Assembly (NCBI RefSeq): GCF_009914755.1
Contig: NC_060936.1
From: the human T2T-CHM13v2.0 reference genome, Homo sapiens
DNA: 64,000 nucleotides
Direction: 5' to 3' (one strand)
In this document: positions 1 through 14,800 of the stretch, piece by piece
Position numbering within the stretch: position 1 is the first letter of the stretch
How the letters are laid out: the number at the start of each line of letters is the position of its first letter
Made by a program: the position numbers and the translations under genes
The notes under the pieces: model-generated
What the model was told of the DNA's origin: nothing
Database searches by the model: none
The model's input: only the letters and a program-made list of their open reading frames with translations

Positions 1-2790
1 CGTTGTTATGGTTTGGTGGATTTCTGTGGTGATACCATTTGAACTCTTTCTCTCCTTCCTTTGTGTGTTTGTTTTGCCAATGAGTTTTTGTGTATTTTCA
101 TGATGGTAAGTGTCATGCTTTTGCTTCCAGGTTTAGGATTCCCTTGAACATTTCTTGTAGGGCCTTTCTAGTGGTAATGAATTTTCTCAGCATTTCCTTG
201 TCTGGGAAAGACTTTATTTCTTTTTCCTTTATAAAAGGAATTTGGGTAAACATAGTATTCTTGGCTACCAGATTTTTCTTCCCGCAATTTGAATATATCA
301 TCCCATTCTCTTCTGACCTGTAGTTTCTGCTGAGAAACCCACTGCTAATCTGATAGGGTTTCTTTTGTACATGATTACATGCTTTTCCCTTGCTGTTACT
401 AGGATTTGCTCATTACCTTTGACTTTTGATAGCCTGATTATAATGTTCCATGGAGAATACTTTTTTGCATTGTAGCTGCCTGAGGACTGCTGAGCCTCCT
501 ATACCTAGATGTTTAAATCTTTTATTATACTTGGGAAGTTTTCACTCATTATTTTATTAAATAGGTTTTCTAATCCTTTTGTTCTTTTTTCATCCTCAAG
601 GATACCAATAATTTGAATGTTCAGCTGCTTTATCTTGTCCCAAATATCATGAAGGCTTTGCTCATTCTCTTTTTTCCTTTTATTTTTGTCTGACTGGATT
701 ATTTCAAAAGACTTGTTTTTAAGTTCTGAGATTCTTTCCTCTGCTTGATCTAGTCTATTGTTGAAGTTTTCAAATGCATTTTGTATTTCCTTCAATTAGT
801 TCTTCAGTTCCACAATTTCTATTTGGTTATTTTTAAAAATATATTTCTCTTTGATAAGTTTCTCATTCATATCCTGATTTTTTTTCTTATTTCTTTTTAT
901 TGTTTTTCACGATTCTCTTGAATCTCACTGAGCTTCTTTAAAACCAATATTTTTCATTCTTTACCTGATGTTTTAAAAGTTTCTTTTTGATTAGAGTTTA
1001 TTATTGTGTAAATTTGGAGGCATCATATTTCCTTGCTTTTTCATGTTTCCTGTGTCCTCACCATGATTTCTGCACATGTGGTGTAACAGTTGCTACTTCC
1101 CAGTTTTGAATTTACTTTTGTAGGGAGGACCTTCTCCGGAAGACATATCTATAGTATTGCTGCAAGTATTGCACACTATAGATTTGATTCTGGATGCGTG
1201 CAGTAACGTAATCTCTGTATGATTTCTTAGGCTGTAAATAGTGTCAGTGGTATCTGTGACTTCCTGGTGGGTTAGGGTGCAGTTATTAATGGAAGCTGTG
1301 GTAAAATTGTGATGGGGACCAGGATGCTAATTGAGTCAGTCTTCAGGTCCCTGTGGTGGCAATGGTGAGCTGAGCATGCCTATCCTTATGCCCCAGAGCA
1401 GAGTATGCTGGCATCAGCATTGGAGGTTACCAGTGGACCAATTCTTGGGCCCCCAGATGGCTTTCTGTGTTGCTGGTAGTGGCAGCTGTGAACCAGGTGG
1501 GTGGATGGGTTTTGGGGCCCCCGGGCAGCTGATGTGGCATGGGTAATGACAGTGGCAGTGATGGGATGATTCTCTGGGTCCCAAGCAGTGTGTGTTGATG
1601 TTGGCAGTGGCTGTGATGGGCTAGGTGGGCCAGTCTCCAGGCCTGCAGATGGTTGGTGTTTGCAGACAGATACCAGCTGAGATGGTAGTAGCTGGGAGTT
1701 TAGGCCCAATCTCAGGCATCTGTGGGAGGTGCTTAGATATCTAAAGTGGTAGATTGGTTGGGGCAATCCCCAGTATATTGGGCTCTGTGCTCAGTCTCAG
1801 AGATGCGGGGGAAATGAAGCTGGGCTTGGAGGACTTGTGCTCAGGCACCTCATGAGTGAGAGAAGGCACCAGCTGTGGTGAAATGAGTGGGGTGTTCCTC
1901 AGGCCCCAAGAAAAGTGTTTGGGTGAGGGGCTGTAGCAGTTGCACTGAGATCCTGTCACTGAAGAGGGTGAAGCCTGCCTCAGTGGCCACAGCCTCGGCA
2001 GGGGGTAGTGAACCTGCATCCCTCTCATACACCAGTCTTCCCAGGGCTCACCCATCCCTGGTGGTGATAACCTGCACCTAGCTCGTGCCTCAACCCCAGC
2101 TGCAGGAGCTCCTATCTAGCTTGTGACTAAGCAACCTCTGCCCTGCTCAGATCACAGTCTCAGTCCTGGTAGTGGCTCACATCCAAGCACTAACAGCTAC
2201 AGCTCACACCTCACTTGCTTCTCAGCCCCAGCTATGGGAGCCTGCTCCCAACATGCACCCCAGCAGCAACAGCCCAAGTATGCCTGACACCTCAGTCCCA
2301 GCACCACTGGGCCCCAGGACAGCATGCAGTCTGCCAAAGGCTAGGACTGAAAATGGCACCTTGCTGTAGCCACTTTGGTCTCAGAAAGTGTACAGATCCC
2401 AGCACGAGTTCTCTCCCTGGAGCAGTTGTATCTCATGATCTCCTGGAAGCTCCCTATGTTAGTTTCAGGGCTTGGAGAGTCAAGGGGCTCTCCTGTGTCC
2501 AGGATTGCATGATTCCATGGTTGGGATATGGGCCGCTGGTAGTCTCTTACTTACCCTTTCCCCACGTTGGAAAGATACTCCTGGTGCCCAGCCAATCCTG
2601 ACCAAGCAGGCTGCCTCTCTTCCTTCTACTTCCTCGCTTTTGGTGTTTTCTTTCACTGTTCTTTGAATTCCAGTGTTCTATCTTAGAAAACGTATTTGAA
2701 GTGTGATTTTTCTATACACTATTTCAGCTCTTCTAAGTGGAGGAGATGAACATGATATGCTTCTAGTCAGCCATCTGGAAGCTCCTTCTA
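1..2790 (-). mobile_element. Old LINE-1 (L1M2/L1MA-type) 5' portion: 5'UTR (~1100-2790) and degenerate ORF1 (~110-1090); continues off the left edge
   Basis: Minus-strand ORFs 113..301 (KEIKSFPDKEMLRKFITTRKALQEMFKGIL) and 505..795 (NNRLDQAEERISEL...ENLFNKIMSENFP) are L1 ORF1p motifs; the 5' end reads ccagatggctgactagaagc on the minus strand, like L1M 5' ends. Confidence 0.93.
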
Positions 2791-3299
2791 AATATTTTTT
2801 TTTTACTTATTCTCAATTAATCAAAAAGAAAATTGTTCAGCATTAACCTCTCTGGGGAACAATTTATTCTCTCTTTAGCCCGCAAATTTCCACTACAATG
2901 ACTGTGCCCACAATCTGATATAGGCTTTAGAGAGCTACTCTTATTTTCTCTTTCTATTCAATTTTGAAAGTGGAATTGAAGAAAAAGAGAAAAATAAGAC
3001 TGGGTCTATGCATATTAATGAATTGGAATTTTGATTTAAAAATAGATAAAGCTCCCCCAATAATAAAGCACTGGACTCTCACTTCAGCACCGACCCCTCT
3101 CTTTGGAAAATGAAGCTGCTTCAGGAAAAACCTCTTGTGGATAGATCTACCACTCTGAGAAGGCAATTCCAGTAAATTCTTTGGACTGTCATTTCATTCA
3201 ATGCAACTCCCTTTCCTTGGCCACAGATAATTAGAGAAGAAGACATTGTCTGATTCACAGGCAGACAAACAATAGGCCAGACAGTGGTCCACAGTCCAA

Positions 3300-3612
3300 T
3301 AAGAAGGATGGTGACTTCCTGGTTCAATAAGATTTTCTCTCTTCAAGAGTTTGAATGTAGCTTCATAATAAAGAGCTAGTAGTTGATACTGGAAAAAAAT
3401 AGAAGAATCACACATGGATAACTCAGGTAATATAGGATAAGATGAAGCAGCAGTTTTGTGCCAAGAAGGGTCCCTGAGTGACTACATTAAGCAGAGTGCC
3501 TTGCCAACCTGTGTTGGACATGTTTTGTGGGTGAGAAATAAGCTTTTGTGATGTTTAACCACAAAGATTTTGAAATTGTTTTTAGTACGGCATAACTTGA
3601 CCTGACTGATAC
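3300..3612 (+). mobile_element. MaLR (MLT1-type) LTR, 3' part
   Basis: gtgagaaataagcttttgtgatgtttaaccac...ctgactgataca is a typical MLT1 3' end; left boundary approximate. Confidence 0.55.
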
Positions 3613-4454
3613 AATCCCTTTATTTCCTTTTACTCTCAGAGTGGAAATGGCTCTAAAGTTGTCCTCTTTTTCTTGTTTTATCCTTTCTATTTACTCTCAA
3701 GTGTGACCATCCTTTTATGTACCTTTCAGTATCACTTTTTAAAAGGAATGACTCCAAGGGAATCCATATCTCCAGCTGCCTCCAGCTTCACTTGACTTCC
3801 AGCCATTGCCATAAACTCCATACAATTCAATAATTCAATTCAATGAATATTTACTGAGCATTCACTGGGCACCTGGTTTTGTGCTCAGTGCTGAAGATGC
3901 TGAGGTGACTCTGTCCTCATGACACTTATAGCCCACTAGGTAAGACATTAAATAGGTAAATAAGCAGTTTTAATCTGGACTCAACAACTGCAAAGCAAAT
4001 GTCATCATATCTCCTACAGAAATCCACACAATTATTAAAAGACCAGATTGCTACCATGGACAGCTCTTTTGCCTTCACCCAGTTCAGCAAGTATGAGAGG
4101 CAGTGTGGGCTCTCCTCTTTCCCCAAATCAAAATGGACACGAAGTCCTTTTGTCTCCTTTGGAAAATTTTAATAGAGTCCCCCTTTACTCTTCTTCCCTC
4201 CAACCCAGCTTAAGTCCATCTTGTTTGCACCACACTCAAGTTCCCCTTAACACACTCCTAGTTGGCTTCTCTGTCTCTCACATCTGTCCCAGCTTAAGAT
4301 ACCTAAACCAGTATTTCTAAAACATTATTCCTTAATACCCCTGTTCCAGAACACTAAATGTCTTGCTGAATGTTCCCAGCCCTATTAAATCCAAACCACT
4401 CATTATGAAAACATAATCTACCTTAAATATAATTTTTATTACTGTAAATAGTAT

Positions 4455-4670
4455 ACAATAATGCTAGCTACATTTATTGAGCACTTACTATGTATCTGGC
4501 ACCATGTAATACTCTTTTGTTTACTCTTTCATTAAATCCTTACTAAAGTCCCATGAAACTTTGGGATTATTACCCTCGTTTTGCAGACAAGGAAACTAAG
4601 GCTAGGAGATGCTAACCAAGCCCAAAGTTAAATAGTAAGTGGTTTCTAAACTTAGGTCCTAAATCATGTT
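4455..4670 (-). mobile_element. MIR SINE
   Basis: catttattgagcacttactatgt...ttttgcagacaaggaaactaaggc, the MIR core in reverse. Confidence 0.75.
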
Positions 4671-5635
4671 CCCTTCCATAACTTGGGAGCAGAGGCCATA
4701 CTTTTTATTTGCTTGTAAACCAACAGTTTTGACTGCAGTGCTGGATAAACATTATGTTTTTAATAACTATTGATTGATTGGCATACTCTCTCTAATCTAT
4801 TCTGGTAAAGGAATAAGATATTAGATTTCTGAGATCACCTCTGCAGGGAATACTGTTGCAAAGCAATATATGTTGAGTTGTTTTTATTTTTATTTTTCCT
4901 GAAAGGGGCAAAGCCCATGAGAGATCAGGAGAGACAGGTCTGTGCAGTAGTCTGAAAGTTTACCCAAAAAAAGACAACATGGTCATAAAGGAGTCAAATT
5001 GTTAGTCTGTGCTCTCGACTTCTTTTTAAATATTAAGAGATTTTTACATACCAGATACTGCCTCAGAAAATTCCAGTAAAGGGAGCTTAGAAGGGCTGGA
5101 GACAGGGACTAATGGGCACAGAGATGGAGGTGGCAGGAAAGAGAAATGCGGCCCTGGCAGTGCCTATGAGCAAAGCTGGGAAACTCTTAATTCCTGAGGT
5201 ATTAAGGTGTGGTTCTACAAGTGCAGATGCTGCAGTTTGATGCTTTCTTCACCCTGATCTATCACCGCCTGATTAAATGTCTTTCTAAAAGTTCTGATTA
5301 AGGACTTGCAACATGGGGGAATAAAGTATTGCCTGCCTAAAATAAGAGATATTATGAGTTCCACTGAGAAAAAAAGGCAGACAGACAGCAGAGAAGAAGG
5401 TATGCAAAATCCTCCTAAAAATACCTCCTAAACTGGTCCGGTTTAGAATGAGACTGAGACTGAGATGAGGTTAGGAAGTGTTACCATGTGTAGCTTGCAA
5501 GAATGACCAGTTTTCAGGAGTTGGAATGTGATGGGATGAATCTAACACTAAACACAATCATGCCTTTTGGTCTCTTGGATCATCACTAGAAACATCAACC
5601 ATCCTGATATAAGTAAACTGTGAAAATGCAAACTA

Positions 5636-5913
<278 letters not shown>

Positions 5914-6063
5914 AGAAAGAAAGAGAGAAAAAGAGAAAGAGAGAAAAGGAAGAAAAGGAAGAAAGAAAGAGAGAAAGAGAAAAGAAAGAAGAAAGAAAGA
6001 GAGAGAAAGGAAGGATTGATCAAAAAGAAAGAAAGAAAGAGAAAGAAAAAGAAAGGAAGAAAG

Positions 6064-6122
<59 letters not shown>

Positions 6123-6148
6123 GAAAGAAAGAAAGAAAGAAAGAAAGA
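5914..6148 (+). repeat. (GAAA)n-type polypurine microsatellite derived from the Alu tail
   Basis: ~235 nt of almost pure A/G with a long GAAA array. Confidence 0.97.
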
Positions 6149-6419
6149 TCCCAGTTTGATAGATGTTGAATAGAATAGTAAGGGCAGTGAAAAAGAAAGA
6201 AGCAAAGAAGTCAGATCTGGAGACAGACGTGAAGAGCCCTTAGTAGCTTGCTGGATGGTTTCATGACTGTCACACCAAGGCATTAATTTTTACACTTGTG
6301 AAACAAGGAGTTTGGGCAGCCTCCAACTTCCTGTCCCTTACAACTCAAAAAAAGTTAATTAAGACATTATAAAACATGTTTTTAAAAAACCAAAGAAACT
6401 GGAATTAAAATAGCTATAG

Positions 6420-7020
6420 AACATTGTGATTCCCCCTTTTATTTACTAAATTACTTAATACCATTTGAGGAAGAATATTAAAACTCTTCAGCAAACTATG
6501 GGAAAGCCTACAGGATAAAGTTTTCTTTAGGAAATACATGGTAGAGAAAAGAGTAGACAGAAGGGGAATGAAAATGTATAGATTGGAAAGGTTTGAGAGA
6601 CATATCAATCAATTGCAATGTGTGGACCTTGTTTCAATCATGGTTCAAACAAACCATAATAAATAATATATAAATCAATATTGAGAAAATTGGGAAAATA
6701 TGTATACTGACTGTATATTAAATATTATTAAGGAATTTTTGTTAATCTTTTGCTTATGATAATTGTGCTTTTTAATAAAGGTCTATTACTTTCAAAGATG
6801 CTGAAATATTTACAAATCAGTAAAAAGATGCTGGAATTTGCTTTAAAATAATCCAGTGAGGAGAAAGGGTCATAAGGATTATGCATGAAACAAGATTGGC
6901 CAGGAGTTGATAATTATAGAAGCTGGGTGATGGGCCTATGGGTGTGAGTGTGGGGGTGAGGGATAGTACTACTTTAGTATATGATTAAAATCCTCCATGA
7001 TAAAAGCTTAAATAAAACTT
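6420..7020 (+). mobile_element. Old L1 (L1MC/ME-type) 3' end fragment
   Basis: caattgcaatgtgtggaccttgttt, gctgaaatatttaca, gaagctgggtgatggg motifs of L1M 3' ends. Confidence 0.65.
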
Positions 7021-7624
7021 TGTTACTTTACAGATATTAGGAAATACTAAAATATGAGGCATTAATATATTATTACAAGCTTGCTTTTGATTTTATGAAA
7101 AGGCACATAAACATTCTGGAAAAGAAAACACTAGTCACTTAATCATGCACATTCTAAGTGCTATATGTCAGACTAATTTACAAGGTCTCTCAGTGCCTGC
7201 TCTGCATGGAGATTGCCTGTGACTGTTCTACAAGATGGCAATAACAGGCTTACCTGAAAAGTGGAGAGGCAGCATTTTCTGGAAAACAACTGAGATTGGC
7301 AAGTGAAAACCTGCCACAGTACTACACTTTTCCAAGAAAGGAAGTGTGTTAAGTGGGCTTGAGATGACTCAGGAAGCCCCCAAGAAGGTGCTGCACGTTT
7401 GCCAGTGGGAAGAATATCTGTGACTATCTTAGAATCTGAGCACAGGAATTTTTCTTTTAATAACAGAAAAAAATGCTTAGAAGTTAGAAGTTAATTCTAT
7501 AACTTCTCAGAATTAATACTTACTTCTTCCAGAATTAAAAATAGGTACCATGTTGGTGCTTACTATATGCAGACACTGTACTAAGAACATCACATGCACA
7601 GTCTCATTTATCTTCCCAATTCAT

Positions 7625-8870
<1,246 letters not shown>

Positions 8871-8939
8871 TCCATAAATGTCTGCTTAATGAGTGGATAC
8901 ACTAGCCCAGCCAATGCTGAAGGGGTGTGAAACTCAGTA

Positions 8940-9095
8940 GCAATGCTTCTTAAACTTTTTTGGGTCATGGATTCTCTTGTGAATATATTGAAAGCTGTTA
9001 GCCCTCAGTCTCACATAAACACAGTTTCTTATATAACTTCAGAGCGATTCACAAAACCCCTAGGGATACTTAGATGCCAGGTGAAGAATTTCTTG
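8940..9095. mobile_element. hAT-Charlie MITE (MER117-like)
   Basis: cttcttaaacttttttgggtcatggattctcttgtgaatatattgaaagctg...ccaggtgaagaa resembles the remembered MER117 consensus. Confidence 0.5.
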
Positions 9096-10062
9096 TGCCT
9101 TTTATTATTACAATTATATCCCTTTTATCTGGAACTTGATAGCTCTCTCTACAAAGTACAAATGGTAAAAATTAGGATGCTTGTCCTGAAATTAGTCTTT
9201 CTTGCATTTTTGTGCTCTAACACAATGCAAATCTCAAAAATTAAGGGACAAGTTCAGTCTTCCCTTGCTCTTTCAGCAAAGAGCCCGGTAACTGAAGACT
9301 CACCAAAAGTGAGACATTTCCCCACTTTAGTACAGCCACCTCTATGCTGCCATGTTTAAGAAGAAGAGAATGTGCTAGAATAGGGGTGAGGAAACCTGCC
9401 CAAGGGGGCTGTGAGACCCTAGGCAGGCCATTTGTCCTTCCTGCACTTCATGAGATAAAGATATTCCCAGCCTCACTGTCAAATTTGAAAGGTCCACTGG
9501 ACGTCTTATTTATGGAAGTAACCTGAATTGTTTCCCTCCTGAGGGCTCAGGTACTTTATCTTGGCTTTTGGATTTGGAGGAAGTATCTGGGTCCTGTCTA
9601 TGTCTCTCTCAATCTTGGGCTGAACAATCTTTTGAACCTAACAGAGGAAGCCCTATCTTGCCCACACCTTGCTGGATTTCCCAGCCATTGGTAGATAGGC
9701 TGATTCCATCAGCCTATCTAGTGGTTTTTAAATAGTCCAAGCATGTGAAAGCGTGTGATAATATATTTAAGGGGTCAGACCTGCCTGCTGCAATGGGTCA
9801 TTCTGCTGCACCAGCCTGGCCTTGCCCCGACCTGGCCTGCCAGGTACTCTCCCTGGCTCGCCTCCAGCAGGAGCACTCCCAAGCTGACTTCCATTGAACT
9901 CCCAACTGCATGCTCATTCTTTTTCAATTCTCATGACCACATCCACATCCCATTTAGAGGGGAGGCCAAACAGTTTGAAGCTGCCTCTTGCCTTTCTAGT
10001 AAGCACCCTCATGCAGTCTCACATGGGTGTTAGAGATCTGGGATCTCACTCTACCAGCAGGA

Positions 10063-10325
10063 ATAATAATAATAATAATTAATAATAATAATAATAATGC
10101 ATATTTAGTAAGTGCTTACTATGTACCAGACACAAGCTAAATTTTTTTTTGCATTATCCTCATAACATTCCTATGATGTAGGTGCTATTATTTTCCCAAT
10201 TTTATAGATGAGAAACCTAATGCTTAAAAAGGTTAGGTAACTTGTTCAATGCCACACAACAAATAAGTGGTAGAGATAGAATTTGAAAAAGCAGTCTAGC
10301 CCTATGTTTAACTACTCAGCTACTG
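10063..10325 (-). mobile_element. MIR with a (TAA)n tract at 10063-10098
   Basis: taagtgcttactatgtaccagac...ttttatagatgagaaacctaa. Confidence 0.8.
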
Positions 10326-10329
10326 TTAA

Positions 10330-11077
10330 TTTCTCCCAGACTGAGAAAACAAAAACCTTTCTTGGTATGCAAGTAAAAAGAGAATTAATACAGGGAATTT
10401 TGTGTTTTCAAAACTGTTAGAGGGACTAAAAGAGCAAATGTCAGGGGGGCTGCCAATAGGAGGTTCTTTGGGTCATATGGCCACAAGCTGAGATCCAGAG
10501 CTCAAGAAGCTGCTGTTGCCAATGAGAGGTCAGAAAGCTATGGAAGTCACTACTGAAGTCAATGTTGTCACACAACCCCAAAGCCAGTGATTGTCAGTGG
10601 GACACAGAGTGTGGGAATCACTAAACTCACATCCACTGAAACCCGTATGTCAGCCGCCATTGATGCTGGAGGATGAGAGGCTTCCACTTCCTTCCGCCTC
10701 CCAAATATCATTTCGTTGGCCAAATCTAAACCATAGCCAGAACTCTGCTAGGAAGGGAGTCTTAGAAATGTGTTTCCCAGGCTTGCAGCTCCTGTGATAC
10801 AGGAGGAAATGTGGAAGGGGATGGAAATAGTTACCAGACGGTAAGTATAGTGAACAGAAAATATCCAGTACCTACAGATGATGTGACAGCTAGCCTCCAA
10901 GGTGGCCTTCAATGACATGTGCCTCCTGATATTCACATACTTGTAGTAGGTGAAACCCACAGTTTACCAAGGTTAATCCCTGTGACCAACAAAATGTGGC
11001 AGAAGTGATGATATATCACTTCTGAGGTTAGATTTTTTTTAAAAAAAACTGTGGTTTCTGTCTTGGGAGTGCTCTTT

Positions 11078-11120
<43 letters not shown>

Positions 11121-11150
11121 CTCTGGCTCTGAGAAAAGCACACTGCCATT
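10330..11150. mobile_element. Adjacent MaLR (MLT1-type) LTR fragments, including (CT)n at 11081-11117
   Basis: ttggccaaatctaaaccatagcc...ggaagggagtcttagaaatgtg; tgtgaccaacaaaatgtggcagaagtgatg...cacttctgaggttag. Confidence 0.55.
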
Positions 11151-14100
11151 TTGTAGAGAGAATCAATTACTTACTAAAGAAAGGAGAAACAAGAGGATGC
11201 ACAAAGAGGAACACAGAAGGAGTATGGCACAGAGTCCTGGAGCCAGGAAAGCATTCAAGTGAGGACCAGAAAACCCTAGGGCTTGCATCCCTGAGTGGCT
11301 ATGGATTCTGAGGGACCTCTGGTCGCATGTTCTACTGGAAACTGGTTGTTTTTATCTTATTTCAGTGTCCATGAGGCCTGCACATGTCACTAAGTCCCTA
11401 ATTCTCCCTAGAATCATAGATGCAACTTCCCCATTACTTGAGGTAGCATGAATGAGCCTCTGCTCCTGGCATCGGGACAGCCTAACCAGCGCATATTGTT
11501 GTGACTGCTTTTCCTTATTAGATATGCAGGAGAGCCTTTCAGCCCTCAGTGATTTGGTCAACAGAAAATCCGTGCTTGGGACACTGTGGTTCAGACATGC
11601 TTTCTTTGTTGCTGGCACGGAGTGAGAGGCCCTTGTTGGGAGAACTTGGGAGAACTGGCCTGGCTTCTTCGAGACCCAGCTTCCAAGGGGGTGGCTTTCT
11701 CTGCAGGAGAAAGATTTACCTCCAATACCTGAGAAGCAAGGGGCCAGGATGGATGTCCTCTGCAACCAGAAGAGCATATCCAGCCACTAACTATGGCACT
11801 CAGCTTCTTTCTTTACTGAATGAAGCTCAAATTGATACAAAAGTTACCTTGATCAAAATCCTTACAATTACACATTAGCTGTCACTCCCCCACCCCCAAC
11901 ACCACTCCCCGGCTTTGCCCTGGTAATCCTCATTCTTTAAGGGGTCTGGCCTTTTATTTACTTTTTTATTCAACGTTTTTGCAGCATCTGAATAGAAATT
12001 ATCCTTGCTCTTCTTTACCCCAAGTGCCTTGGCTCTTGACCTCTGCTCTCATCCTCCCTGCCTGTCTCCAGGAAAGTACCATACACATCTATCCTAACAA
12101 GAACCATTCTGCTTTTGTGCCCTGAGTGCTACCTGCAGGGAGATAAATGCTATGAGTACCATTGGCAAATCTAGGGTAAAGAAGAGGTAAAAACAAAACG
12201 GAGGAAGCAGGACAAAGGCACAGAGAAGACAGAAGGAGGAGCCAGAGAGAAAAGGAGAGAAGAAGGTGTTTCCCAGCCTGAGCCATGTTGCCCAAAAGCA
12301 ACCCCCAAGCCCTCCTCATGGCCACGGTGGTGTGAAATTTAACTCAGGTGGGACATTTTTCTCAAAGATATCCCCTTGCAAATGTTGGAAAGGCTGTATC
12401 ATTACAAGCTCTGCTCTTCTCTTGTCGGAACAGAGATAGCTGCAATAACAACCATACCCACTCTTTCAGTCTTGTAGTGCCATCTTCCTCACATAAGGCA
12501 GGATCATAAAGGTTGAATGACTCTGATTCCCAAGTGAAGCTTCTGGGTGCATATCTACCCCTGCAACTCCCAGAGGCCTGGCTTTAGGAACATCGGGAAC
12601 ATGCTGACAAATGTGGAAGGATGGAGGAAATGGTCTGTGTGGGGGTTTGGGGTGAGAAGCTCCTTTAATAGTGCCTGAGTTTGTTGTCTGTTTTGGTGCT
12701 GCAGCTGCCTGTGTCAGCTTGGAGAGTGGGTAATCACCCACTTGAAAACTGCCTATTTTCATAATTATACTGTGTTTTCAGTCTGTTAATTTTGTTTTCC
12801 ACATGTTCAACTTATTCATCAGGTTATAAATTTGCAGATCTAGAAATACATATAATTTTAAACACATCTTTACAAGTAAGCGAAAGCATTTTCCTCCTTC
12901 CACTTCAGAGAATAACCAACCAGTATTGGGAGATCCGGGGAAGTGGGCAGTATGCGGGCCCCCACTGCAGTGGAAGTTACTGCAAGACAGAGCTTCTTCT
13001 CTGTCTGGCAATGAAGGGCAGAGTGAGTGGCTGACACTCTCCAGGGTAATGGCCCTGCCTGGGCACGTGGGGCAGGGCTGGCAGCTGGGGAGGAGGAGCT
13101 GTAAGCTCATGCCTTGTCGTTGCAGTGCAGGGTAAGGAGGCCTGAAACGGCAGGCCAGCTAACACTTTTAGCCACGGGCCTGTCACCGGGGGTGGAGGTA
13201 GGCAGAGAGACCCAGTGGGTACCACCAAGAAAGAGGCACATACGTAGCTTGGCGGCAAGGAAAGAGACTCCCAAGGGTGAGAAGCCAGAAGAGACTTTCA
13301 TCTTGGAGAAATGGCTATTTATATTTAGGAGAGCCACGGTGTTATTATGGAGGGGAAGGGCAGTGGCACAGAGAGAGGGGCTTTGGTCATGACCCTCATG
13401 GGGTCATAACCATGGAAGAATTCGGGTGGCTTATCCAAGGACAGTGGAAGCTGGCCCAGGAAGCGCCCACACTCTTACACCAAGAGCTCAGCGAGGCCAG
13501 GGTCAGGGATTTTGTCAGTCATTTCCTGACTTTGTGCCAATTACATGCCTTTTTTCTGTAATTAAGCTTTTATATTATTATTACGTATAACCCATATGTG
13601 TGCATCACAGAAAATTAGAAATCCAGTGTTTTTTCTCTTACTTACATCCTTCTGGGACCTAGACATTGGCCTCCCTGTGCCCATTCTGTCTGGTTCTGTC
13701 TTGGCCCTGTATCAATGACTATTCCCCTTTACCAGTTTTCACACAAAAATCCGATCATTTTTGGCATTTTAAAACTTTGTTAGGATTAACTGAAGGTTGG
13801 GTGAGGGGAGGTTGCAAGAGGGATTACACTGCACAGCACACATCATTTCACTCTAAAGGCCTCCCTCTTGCCCCCCATCCTCCACCCCACCCCACCCCAA
13901 TGCACACACTGCTTCTCTGAAACCACAGAGCCACCTTGGGAAGCCCAGATTTCTCACCAAAGCAAGCTTATGACAGTATCTTCTCAAAAAATGTAGGTGG
14001 CTCCATAGAGGGACCCACAAACCATTTGTGAAGGAGCAGAGATTTCTCCATTATATTACATTTCCAATAATCTGGGAGTAAGAGTTACAGCAGATGAGTT

Positions 14101-14227
14101 TGGTTTTCTCTGCCTATTCCATACTTCTGAAGTTTCCAGGAGTATAGGGAGAAGAAGAAATGTGTCTGCAAACATAACATCCCATGAGATAATTACCTGA
14201 GAAATTCACATATCAACATGAATTAGA

Positions 14228-14534
14228 GGCCAGGCACAGTGGCTCATGTCTGTAATCCCAGCACTTTGGGAGGCCATGGTGGGTAGATTGCTTGAAGCCA
14301 GGAATTCGAGACCAGCCGGGCCTACATGGCAAAACCCTGTCTCTACTAAAAATACAAAAATTAGCCAGGCATGGTGGCGTGCACCTGTAATCCCAGCTAC
14401 TCAGGAGGCTGAAGCAGGAGAATTGCTTGAACCCAGGAGATGGAAGTTTCAGTGAGTCAAGATTGCACCACTGCACTCCAGTCTGGAGGACAGAGTGAAT
14501 GAGACTCTGTCTCAAACAAACAACAACAACAAAA
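14228..14534 (+). mobile_element. Alu (AluS-type) with TSD acatgaattaga
   Basis: Full dimer; TSD on both flanks. Confidence 0.96.
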
Positions 14535-14549
14535 GCACATGAATTAGAG

Positions 14550-14800
14550 ACATGGGAGAGGCAGTATTGGAGGTTGTGAATTATGATGACCTTGAGTCAA
14601 ACACCCACAGTGCCACTTACTAGCTGCATGATGTTGACAAGTTACTTAACTTCTTTGTGCCTCAGTTTCCTCATCTGTAAATTGGGGTTATTATTAGTAT
14701 TCCTCTTACATAGGTGTATAAGAATTGAGTTAATAAATGTGAAGTGCTTAGAACATTGCCTGCCACATACTGAATGCTTAAAGGTGAGCTATTATGATGT
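14550..14800 (+). mobile_element. MIR SINE
   Basis: tgccacttactagctg...cctcagtttcctcatctgtaaattgggg. Confidence 0.85.

Noticed and set aside
1331-2666. Cluster of 60-128 aa ORFs
   Set aside because: They lie in a GC-richer L1 5'UTR; no recognisable domain
12780-13600. GC-richer patch with overlapping ORFs
   Set aside because: Not a CpG island, no protein similarity and no convincing splice pair; could be an enhancer but the sequence alone does not support it
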